64,000 nt of DNA from Vulcanimicrobiales bacterium (lineage in GTDB: Bacteria; Vulcanimicrobiota; Vulcanimicrobiia; Vulcanimicrobiales; Vulcanimicrobiaceae), in assembly GCA_038215615.1 (NCBI GenBank), contig JBBQQR010000011.1:9599-73598 (forward strand), in the 5' to 3' direction. Position numbers and translations under genes: made by a program. The notes under the pieces were generated by a model. It did not search any database. It was not told the DNA's origin and worked only from the letters and a program-made list of their open reading frames with translations. Below, in pieces: positions 46,232-54,417 of this stretch; position 1 is the first letter of the stretch; the number at the start of each line of letters is the position of its first letter.

Positions 46232-47745
46232 ACCTCCTGTAAACCCTCAGGCTCGACGACCGGCACGACGTTCTCGGGATCGGAATTGCGGAAGCCATAG
46301 GCAAAGAAGAAGAACAGGCCGACGATCAATGCGCCGCCAAACCAGACCCACGTTGTCCTCGACAAGCCAAATATCGCGAGGAACAGCGAGCTGACAATGC
46401 CCGCCAGCGGGAACCACGGGGAAAACGGTACGCGAAAACTGCGCGGCATATCGGGATTTCGTTTACGCAAATACAGCACGCCCGCGCAAACGACGGAGAA
46501 CGCGATCAGCGTTCCGATATTTACCAAGTTCAGAAGATTGACGAGCGGCACTATCAACGCTAGGAGGGCGACCGCGAAGCCGGTGCCGAGCGTCGTGACG
46601 ATTGGAGTCTTGAAGCGCGGATGCACTTTAGCGATCACGGGCGGCAACATTTTGTCGCGAGCCATGACGTAAAAAATCCGGGACTGACCGAGGAGCGATG
46701 CTAGCGCGACGCTCGTCGTTCCTGCAAGCACACCGAGCGTGATTATCCAGCTCAGGAGCGGAATATGCAGCGGCGCAAGGGCGTGGACTAGCGGATTCTT
46801 AATCGGTACGTTCTGCCAAGGCCCGGATCCAACTAAGACCAAAGCCGTGGCGCAATATAATACCGTCCCGATCGCCAGTGCGCCGATAACGCCTAGGGGC
46901 ACGTCGCGCTGCGGATTTTTGCACTCCTCGGCGGTGGTCGTCGCGGCATCGAATCCGATATAGGCAAAGAATACCCACGCCGAGATCGCGATGATACCGT
47001 ACGGCTGAGATGATTCGGCGACGCCGCCGAAAGCGTGCAGCGCGCCCCAGCCCTTCGGATTAAAGTTGTGAAAATTGAACGCATGTACGAGAAAGATTCC
47101 CGCAACGATAAAGACCAGGAGCGCTCCAATTTTTAGGACGACGAAGATGTTGTTCGTCGTTGCCGTTTCGCGGATACCGATGGAGAGCAAAACGCTCAAG
47201 AGCAAAATAAAGAATGCGCTCACCACATCGTATTGGGAGTGCAGTAAGTCCCATTGCCAAAACTGCCACCAGGCGCCATGCATGATAAAGTTCGATTGTT
47301 GCGCCCAGCCCGGCAGCACCATACCAAGACTCTTTAGAATGTCTTGAATGGCGGCGGAAAATTGCTGCGCTACGGGGGCCGCACTGATGCCGTATTCGAA
47401 AATCAGGGCGAACCCGATAATCCAGGCAAAGAGTTTACCCATCGTCGCATAGGCGTACGTGTAGGCGCTTCCGGCGACAGGAACCATGGCGCCGAGCTCT
47501 GCATAACAGAGCGCCGCAAAGAACGATGTCGCGCCCGCGAGCAAATACGAAATAATAACGGCCGGGCCGGCCCCTCGCACGGCAGTTCCGACGGTTGTGA
47601 AGATACCGCCGCCGATCATCGTTCCCAGACCAATAGCGATGAGATCCCTAGCCGTCAGCGCCCGTCGCAGGATCTTTCGTCCTCCCAGCTCGCGCAACCG
47701 GTCAGCATTGGTCGTTTGGAACAGGCGTGAAACGAATGAGCTCAT
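46228..47745 (-). CDS. APC-family amino acid permease
   Basis: GTMIGGGIF, GPA, GSAYTY, FAYIGFD, AEECKNPQRD; start moved to ATG 47745. Confidence 0.93.
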   Translation of the reverse strand: MSSFVSRLFQTTNADRLRELGGRKILRRALTARDLIAIGLGTMIGGGIFTTVGTAVRGAGPAVIISYLLAGATSFFAALCYAELGAMVPVAGSAYTYAYATMGKLFAWIIGFALIFEYGISAAPVAQQFSAAIQDILKSLGMVLPGWAQQSNFIMHGAWWQFWQWDLLHSQYDVVSAFFILLLSVLLSIGIRETATTNNIFVVLKIGALLVFIVAGIFLVHAFNFHNFNPKGWGALHAFGGVAESSQPYGIIAISAWVFFAYIGFDAATTTAEECKNPQRDVPLGVIGALAIGTVLYCATALVLVGSGPWQNVPIKNPLVHALAPLHIPLLSWIITLGVLAGTTSVALASLLGQSRIFYVMARDKMLPPVIAKVHPRFKTPIVTTLGTGFAVALLALIVPLVNLLNLVNIGTLIAFSVVCAGVLYLRKRNPDMPRSFRVPFSPWFPLAGIVSSLFLAIFGLSRTTWVWFGGALIVGLFFFFAYGFRNSDPENVVPVVEPEGLQEV

Positions 47746-48338
47746 CGAGAGTCCTCCGGTGGTTGCGAGGCAGCGTTCCATTGCGCTTCCGGAAAACCGG
47801 AGCGGGCGTTGATCCAGCGCGCCCAAACAAAGAGCGCATCGGAAAGACGGTTCAAGACTCGAAGGGTCGCTTCCGAAATCTCCGGCTCCCCTTCGCGCAG
47901 CGTGACGAGCAGGCGCTCCGCTCGGCGGCACACGGTTCGGGCAAAATGCAGAGCAGCCCCGGCCGGGCTGCCGCCCGGAAGTATGAACGCGCCGAGCGGC
48001 TCGAGATCGGTATCAGCTTCATCGATCGCTCGCTCCAACGCCCTGACCTGATCGTCGCCCGCCAGCGCCATTCCGCTCCACTCTTTGCCGGCCGGCGTTG
48101 CGAGTTCCGCGCCGAGGTCGAAGAGCAGGTTCTGCGTCCAAGCGAGCCACGCGTCAAGTCGCGACGCGTTTGCGCTTGCAGCTAGGTGTGCGCGTGCGAT
48201 CCCGATGGCGCTTGAAAGTTCGTCGAGCGTACCGTACGTTTCGATGCGCCCGTTATTCTTCGAGACGCGCGAGCCCCCGACGAGTCCGGTACTGCCCGTA
48301 TCGCCGGCCCGGGTGTAGATCCGCGTGCGCTTTGACAT
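47742..48338 (-). CDS. pduO: Cob(I)alamin adenosyltransferase, PduO type
   Basis: IYTRAGDTG, YGTLDEL, FILPGG, RRAER, LNRLSD. Confidence 0.94.
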   Translation of the reverse strand: MSKRTRIYTRAGDTGSTGLVGGSRVSKNNGRIETYGTLDELSSAIGIARAHLAASANASRLDAWLAWTQNLLFDLGAELATPAGKEWSGMALAGDDQVRALERAIDEADTDLEPLGAFILPGGSPAGAALHFARTVCRRAERLLVTLREGEPEISEATLRVLNRLSDALFVWARWINARSGFPEAQWNAASQPPEDSR

Positions 48339-48383
48339 GCTGGTTCTTGCAACGCTCGCGCGCCTCAGGCCTTTCGGGGGAAC

Positions 48384-48410
48384 GGAACCGGCTGCCGATG
48401 GCGAACGTAA
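48384..48410 (+). promoter_or_regulatory. Putative ECF-sigma promoter, leaderless transcript
   Basis: GGAACC-N16-CGTAA, 7 nt before ATG 48418. Confidence 0.6.
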
Positions 48411-48417
48411 TGGCACT

Positions 48418-49608
48418 ATGAGCAAAAGGATAGAACGCCGCGAGTTTCTCGCAGCTTGCGCAGCGGTTTCGGCGACGGCCTCCTTGGGTGGGATGGCTTA
48501 CGGGCAGCAAGCGGGCTTCGTCCCTGCTAATATCTCACTCGACGCGTCGGTCTCGGGCCGGCGCATGCTGGCCGAGTTCATGGGTTTGAGTTTTGAAGCG
48601 TCGCTGATACCGGGCGGCGCGTTTTTCAACGGTTCGAACCGCCCCCTGATCGACTACGTGCGCGGCTTGGGCAACCGCGGCATCTTGCAATTCGGCGGAC
48701 CGAATGTCGACACGGCGACGTACGCTCCGGCAGACCTTGCATATCTTGCACAGTTTTTGGACGCGGTGGGCTGGCGCGCGATACTGGGTTTAAGTTTGAG
48801 CGCTCCTGTGTTCGCCGTGGCGGATCAAGCCGCTAAAGCCAGCCAAGCTTTGGGCGAACGTCTGCTGACATTCGAGATCGGGAGCGCTCCCGATCTGCGC
48901 TTCAAAGACTACGGCTCTTTCCTCGCCGCATTTCGAACCCGCGTCTCTTCGATCAGCGCGAACGATCCGGCCGCGATGTATGCGGGGCCGGCGACCGCGG
49001 GGCACCCGGATTGGGCGGCGCGTTTTGGTCAGGACGAGCGCCCGCAACTGGTCATGATTACCCAACAGTACCGCCACACCGGCGGTGAGGCGGCGTTGCG
49101 AATCGGCGTGCGCGATCTTCCGAAGTCTACGGCTCTGGTCGATCTACCCTATCGTATCGAACAAATCGTCTCGAGCGCGAACAACATGTCCAATGCGCTT
49201 TGGGCGCTCGACTTTGGATTGGAACTCGCCGCGAGCGGTGCCGATGGCGCCAATTTCCACGACGATGCCGACGGCCAGCGCGGGCCGCTCTATCAGGCGC
49301 TGCTGCTGCTCAAAGAATCGGTGGGCGCCCGGTTCGTCACTCGTCAGCTGCAAACGACGAATAATAATTTCACGACGTTCGCAATCGAGCGCGATGACGG
49401 AACGCGCGTCGTGACGCTGATCAACCGCGACTCGAATGTGGCCGTGACCGTCAACGTGAACGCGGGTCGGCCCGCGCGCAATCCGCGCGTGCGCCGCCTG
49501 ACCGCCTTGAGCATGGACACCACTCAAGTCAACGTCGTGGATTGGCAGAACGCCGATCCCGCGGCGCTCGACGTGCCGCCCGCATCGGCGGCGGTGCTCA
49601 CGCTCTGA
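48418..49608 (+). CDS. Tat-exported GH79-like protein, probably inactive
   Basis: ERREFL Tat motif; FMGLSFE, FGG, FEIG..PD, ALWALDF, GANFH, PLY GH79-like motifs. Confidence 0.72.
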   Translation: MSKRIERREFLAACAAVSATASLGGMAYGQQAGFVPANISLDASVSGRRMLAEFMGLSFEASLIPGGAFFNGSNRPLIDYVRGLGNRGILQFGGPNVDTATYAPADLAYLAQFLDAVGWRAILGLSLSAPVFAVADQAAKASQALGERLLTFEIGSAPDLRFKDYGSFLAAFRTRVSSISANDPAAMYAGPATAGHPDWAARFGQDERPQLVMITQQYRHTGGEAALRIGVRDLPKSTALVDLPYRIEQIVSSANNMSNALWALDFGLELAASGADGANFHDDADGQRGPLYQALLLLKESVGARFVTRQLQTTNNNFTTFAIERDDGTRVVTLINRDSNVAVTVNVNAGRPARNPRVRRLTALSMDTTQVNVVDWQNADPAALDVPPASAAVLTL

Positions 49609-51071
49609 TGGCCGAACTTCCCGCGCAAGAGCCGCTCGTCAAAGAGATCCCGCCCAAAGGCGTGGATCTATCCGCGTGGTATACCGCGGCTTGTCTGAAG
49701 GCTGAGCTCGTTTCCTATGCGCCCGTGCGCGGCTGCGTGGTACTGCGTCCGTACGGTTTCGGGATGTGGGAGAATCTGCAGCGCGAGCTGGACAATCGTT
49801 TTAAAGAAACAGGGCATGAAAACGCGTATTTTCCACTTCTGATTCCCGAAAGTTTACTGGTTCGCGAAGCCGAGCACGTCGAAGGGTTCGCGCCGGAAGT
49901 CGCCTGGGTGACGCAAGGCGGTCAAGAGAAGCTCGAGGAGCGTTTGGCGATCCGTCCGACTTCCGAAGTTATCATCGGCGTCATGTACGCCAAATGGATT
50001 CAATCCCACCGCGATTTGCCCGTACTAATCAATCAGTGGTGCAACGTCGTGCGTTGGGAAAAAGCGACCCGTCCGTTTTTGCGCACGATGGAGTTTCTCT
50101 GGCAAGAGGGACACACCGCGCACGCCACGGCGGAAGAAGCGCGCGCCGAAACCGAGCAAATGCTCGAAGTCTATCGCGATTTCGCCGAAAACGTCGCCGC
50201 AATTCCGGTCTATGCCGGACGCAAGAGCGCGAGCGAGCGTTTCCCCGGAGCGGTGGAAACATTTTCGATTGAGGCGCTCATGCCGGACGGCAAGGCGCTG
50301 CAGTCAGGCACGTCGCACGACCTCGGGCAAAATTTTGCGCGCGCATACGACATCACGTTTTCCGACGCCGATCAACAGGTCAAGCACGTCTACACAACTT
50401 CGTGGGGTATTTCGTGGCGTATGCTTGGGGCAGTGATCATGGTGCACGGCGATGACCGCGGACTGCGGATTCCTCCCAAACTAGCGCCACTCGAAGCGGT
50501 GATCGTGCCCATCGTCAAGGGCGAGGAGCGCGCCCCTTTGGAGAAAGCGCGCGAACTGGGAAAGACGCTGCGCGCAGCCGGCTTCCGCGTGCGCGTGGAC
50601 GAGCGCGACCGCTCTCCCGGATTTAAGTACAGCGATTGGGAGATGCGCGGCGTGCCGGTGAGAATCGAGATCGGTCCGCGTGATTTGGAGGCGGGATCCG
50701 TCTCGCTCGTGCGGCGCGACAAACAGAAAGGCGAAGAGGGCTCTCGGATGGCGGTGGCGTTCGGCGCATTGAGCGTGACCTTACGCGAGCAATTGATCTC
50801 GATTCAAGAATCGCTTTTCGCGCAAGCAAAAACGTTTCTGGAAGGCCACACGTTCGCACCGGAGGATCGCGCGTTGTTTTTCGAGCAATGCAAAAACCGC
50901 GCTGGGATGATCGATATACCGTGGTGCAACCGGCCCCAATGCGAAACCGAGGTCAAAAATCAAACCTCCGCGACCACGCGCGTGATGCGCGACTTACAAC
51001 AGCCCGGCGCGCGGTGCGTCGCCTGCGGCGAGCCCGCAGTGGTCAACGCATATTTTGCTCAGAGTTATTAG
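49608..51071 (+). CDS. proS: Proline--tRNA ligase, archaeal/eukaryote-like type
   Basis: HVEGFAPE, RPTSE, FLRTMEFLWQEGH, C-terminal Cys cluster and FAQSY end; no editing insertion. Confidence 0.97.
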   Translation: MAELPAQEPLVKEIPPKGVDLSAWYTAACLKAELVSYAPVRGCVVLRPYGFGMWENLQRELDNRFKETGHENAYFPLLIPESLLVREAEHVEGFAPEVAWVTQGGQEKLEERLAIRPTSEVIIGVMYAKWIQSHRDLPVLINQWCNVVRWEKATRPFLRTMEFLWQEGHTAHATAEEARAETEQMLEVYRDFAENVAAIPVYAGRKSASERFPGAVETFSIEALMPDGKALQSGTSHDLGQNFARAYDITFSDADQQVKHVYTTSWGISWRMLGAVIMVHGDDRGLRIPPKLAPLEAVIVPIVKGEERAPLEKARELGKTLRAAGFRVRVDERDRSPGFKYSDWEMRGVPVRIEIGPRDLEAGSVSLVRRDKQKGEEGSRMAVAFGALSVTLREQLISIQESLFAQAKTFLEGHTFAPEDRALFFEQCKNRAGMIDIPWCNRPQCETEVKNQTSATTRVMRDLQQPGARCVACGEPAVVNAYFAQSY

Positions 51072-51591
51072 CGCGCTCGTTCTGCTAGCGCAGCTCTTTC
51101 CGGCGGCGTCGCCCGGCGTGGACCGGCTCGATGCGAATGCGCGCGCTTCGGGCAACCGCAAAGATTTGGCCGTCGGGATAGGCCGCGCGCTGTTTCACAC
51201 AGAGTGGCCCGCGCAGGTGCTCAACGTCTATGCAAACGGCTTCGCCGGCCACGACGTCGCCGGCCTGCGCGTTTCGGGCGAGCATTTTCACCATTCGCTC
51301 ACGCGCGATCAATTTGTAGGCGAGATCGCCTCGCTGGTGCTCGAGAGCTTTGCGGCCGCCCCGGTCGACGAGGTGGACGTTTGGGCGAGCGTACCGTTGC
51401 GGGTGGGTAAGGATGTCGTGGTGGCGGGCGACCTCGCACAGCCCAGTTCGCGCGCCGTCTTCACGGTGAGCGTTCGCCGCGGAGAACGCGCGGCAGCGTT
51501 GGTCAGGCGGATGCGCGCGAGTCGCGGCGTCTATTGGGACCAGGAGTGGGCCCGTACAACTTTAAAGTCAGGAGGCTCTAGTGTACCGTAA
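51055..51591 (+). CDS. Hypothetical secreted protein
   Basis: Signal peptide; overlaps both neighbours in the operon. Confidence 0.65.
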   Translation: MLRVISALVLLAQLFPAASPGVDRLDANARASGNRKDLAVGIGRALFHTEWPAQVLNVYANGFAGHDVAGLRVSGEHFHHSLTRDQFVGEIASLVLESFAAAPVDEVDVWASVPLRVGKDVVVAGDLAQPSSRAVFTVSVRRGERAAALVRRMRASRGVYWDQEWARTTLKSGGSSVP

Positions 51592-52837
51592 AAGCCTCCT
51601 CACCAACGGCGTCCGGGTCATCAGCGAATCGATGCCCGGCTTTCGTTCGGCCTCAATCGGCATCTGGGCCGACGTCGGCTCGGCGGTCGAGCAGCCCCAG
51701 CTGCGCGGTGTTTCACATTTGGTCGAGCACATGCTGTTCAAGGGAACGCAGCGCCGCACTGCACGGGAAATCGCCGAAGAGATGGATGGCGTCGGCGGAA
51801 ATCTCAACGCCTTCACCGATAAAGAAGCGACCTGTTACTATGCCAAGGTCATGGATGTGCACCTTCCGCTCGCGATCGACGTGCTCTCCGATATGTTCCT
51901 GCACTCGCTCTTCGATCCGTCGGAGCTCGCCAAAGAGCAAAAAGTCGTGCTCGAAGAGATCAAGATGTACGACGATTCTCCGGACGAACTGATCCACGAT
52001 CTTTTCATTCAGACGATGTGGCGCGACAGCAATCTCGGTTCGCCGACCATCGGTTTTGCAGAGACGGTGACGAAACTCACCCAAGACGAATTGCGGCAAC
52101 ACATGAAACGGCACTATGCACCAAACTCTGTGGTCGTAGCCGCCGCCGGCAACGTCGACCATGACGCGCTGGTGGATATGCTCGAACGCGCGCTGGCGCC
52201 GTTTCAGGGAACGTGCGCGTTGCCGGTCCCGGAAAACCCGCCGCCCACGCCGGCGTCGCTATTCCGTCCTAAGGATAGCGAACAAGCGTATGTCGTGCTG
52301 GGCACGACGGGCCTTTCGGTGCGAGACGAACGCCGCTACGTGCTCTCGGTGCTCGATACGATACTGGGCGGGGGCATGTCGAGCCGCTTGTTTCAAGAGA
52401 TTCGCGAAAAGCGCGGGCTCGTCTACACGGTCTATTCTTTCCAAGCCGCCTATCGCGGAGCCGGCCTGTTCGCCGTATATGCCGGCACGTCGCCGCAAAC
52501 CGTCGGCGAATGCGTTTCGGTCATCGGCGACCAGTTCGCGCAGATCAAACAAACCGCGGTCGGCGACGCCGAGCTGCGGCTGGCAAAAGAACATATTAAA
52601 GGAAGCCTCTCGCTTTCGCTCGAGAGCACGTCCGGCCGGATGATCCGCCTGGGCCGCAGCGAGTTCTCACTGGGACGCGATCTCCCGATCGACGAGATCG
52701 TGGCGAAGGTCGAAGAAGTTACCGCTGCCGAGATCCAAGAACTGGCGCAAGATCTGCTGCGCGAAGAGAACCTTGGCTTGTGCGTGCTCGGCCCCGTCGA
52801 CGAAGCGTCCGTCGAGTGGAATCGCAGCGCTGCCTAA
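51581..52837 (+). CDS. Cytoplasmic M16B zinc peptidase
   Basis: HLVEHMLFKGT, LNAFT, GGGMSSRLFQEIREKRGLVY; GGAGG RBS. Confidence 0.94.
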   Translation: MYRKSLLTNGVRVISESMPGFRSASIGIWADVGSAVEQPQLRGVSHLVEHMLFKGTQRRTAREIAEEMDGVGGNLNAFTDKEATCYYAKVMDVHLPLAIDVLSDMFLHSLFDPSELAKEQKVVLEEIKMYDDSPDELIHDLFIQTMWRDSNLGSPTIGFAETVTKLTQDELRQHMKRHYAPNSVVVAAAGNVDHDALVDMLERALAPFQGTCALPVPENPPPTPASLFRPKDSEQAYVVLGTTGLSVRDERRYVLSVLDTILGGGMSSRLFQEIREKRGLVYTVYSFQAAYRGAGLFAVYAGTSPQTVGECVSVIGDQFAQIKQTAVGDAELRLAKEHIKGSLSLSLESTSGRMIRLGRSEFSLGRDLPIDEIVAKVEEVTAAEIQELAQDLLREENLGLCVLGPVDEASVEWNRSAA

Positions 52838-53738
52838 TCACGCCGTACCGGCGCTGATACCGTTTTGGTCCTGGCAGCTCGTCATCGCGCTCCTGGTCAA
52901 CGTCGCCGTTCAGGCAATGACGATGGGAGCCTATGCCGCGCGCCTGGCCGGAGTCCGAACGGGGCGAATCGCGACTTCGATTTCACTCTTCAACTTGTTC
53001 ATGACCGCGAGCCGCTTGGCTACGCTGGTCTATACGCTGATGCTGGGCCCGCTTTCAGATCGCGCCGGAAACGCCGTCCGCGCGCTGCTCGGCCAAGCTC
53101 GGGCCGGTGCGCCGTTTGCCTGGCCGCGCATCTGGGAAATTCAGCACGTTTTCGAGTTGCAGCTTCGCGTGATCATTATTGCCGGCATGGTGGGCACCGT
53201 CGTCGGATCGCTCTTGCTTCCGATGTTCACGTTTATGTATGTCCGCGGCGTCCGATCGTTCGAACGCACGAAATCGTTACCGCATTCGTTGGCGCGGCTT
53301 TTCTATCCCAGCGTGATGCTGGTAGTGCTGCGGCAGATGCGCGTGCCGCGTTACTCCGAGATTTTCAGCTTTTCCACGCGCAACATCCCGGCGCGCCTGC
53401 TGATCTTCAACGTCGTGGTAACGGCAGTTTACGCGATCGGCGTCGTCGCTGCCTATTATGCCAGCGTGCTCGATGTGAACGTAGCGCGGACGGCCATCGG
53501 CATCTCGGGAATCATCAACGGCATCGGCACGGTTGCTTTTACGTTTTTCGTCGACCCGACGTCTTCGATCATCGTCGACGAGGCCGTCAAGGGTGAGCGT
53601 CCTGAATCAGAAGTCAAAGCGATGGTATTCTACCTCGCGCTTACGGCTATTGCCGGCTGGGTACTTTCGCAGCTTTTGCTCTTTCCGGCGGCATGGATTA
53701 TCGCGGCGGTCGCGCATCTGGTTAACCACGGACGATAG
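52830..53738 (+). CDS. amj: Lipid II flippase Amj (DUF2837) family; start uncertain
   Basis: AYAARLAGVRTGRIA.SISLFN, SR, GIINGIGT..F.FFVDP, SQLL motifs. Confidence 0.8.
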   Translation: MPNHAVPALIPFWSWQLVIALLVNVAVQAMTMGAYAARLAGVRTGRIATSISLFNLFMTASRLATLVYTLMLGPLSDRAGNAVRALLGQARAGAPFAWPRIWEIQHVFELQLRVIIIAGMVGTVVGSLLLPMFTFMYVRGVRSFERTKSLPHSLARLFYPSVMLVVLRQMRVPRYSEIFSFSTRNIPARLLIFNVVVTAVYAIGVVAAYYASVLDVNVARTAIGISGIINGIGTVAFTFFVDPTSSIIVDEAVKGERPESEVKAMVFYLALTAIAGWVLSQLLLFPAAWIIAAVAHLVNHGR

Positions 53739-53749
53739 CTGCACTGCCT

Positions 53750-54412
53750 ATGAGTAACATTCCGCTCCGGCCCGCATTCTGCGCCGTGGCTCTCGCGATC
53801 TGTCTGACGGGCTGCGCCGGACCCGTCGAACGGTGGCTCGTCGACACGCGCGTGCACCAAGGCGACACGGCACTGGCGCGCGGAAGTCTGCACGAAGCCG
53901 CGACGGCTTACCGGCTCGCGCTGCACGTCAGCCCGACCGATGCCCGCGCCCGGGCGGGGTTCTCTAATGCGGCCGGAAGTATCGCCGACGCAGATTTCCG
54001 CACGGGAAACTATGACGACGCGCTGGCAACCATGAGCGCGGCTCAAAAATACGATCCCACAAACGTCCGGCTGCAGGCGCTGCGCTCGCAGATCGATGAC
54101 GCGCGACTGAAGCGAGCGATCGTCTTATCGAACTACCCTACCTATCGCGCGGCGGCGGCGGAAATTCAGGCGGCATTCGACGTTTTACGCGCACAGAACA
54201 AACTGGTTGTGCATAGCCTGCACCGGTTCGCGTACACCTACGATACGCAAGATTTAACGCGCGCGATCGAAGATTCGTACGAGTTGCAGAGACAGATCGC
54301 CCGCAATACCAATCGCCTCATTATTTACCGCCAGCTGGTGGAGTCGGGCGTGCCGGCTACCGAGAAGGCGGCGGCGACGGCCGTCTCGGGTTCGCTGCTA
54401 CCGTTACCGTAA
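53750..54412 (+). CDS. TPR-containing lipoprotein
   Basis: Lipobox LTGC; TPR-like helices (A...YRLAL...P, GNYDDA...DP). Confidence 0.75.
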   Translation: MSNIPLRPAFCAVALAICLTGCAGPVERWLVDTRVHQGDTALARGSLHEAATAYRLALHVSPTDARARAGFSNAAGSIADADFRTGNYDDALATMSAAQKYDPTNVRLQALRSQIDDARLKRAIVLSNYPTYRAAAAEIQAAFDVLRAQNKLVVHSLHRFAYTYDTQDLTRAIEDSYELQRQIARNTNRLIIYRQLVESGVPATEKAAATAVSGSLLPLP

Positions 54413-54417
54413 GGCCG

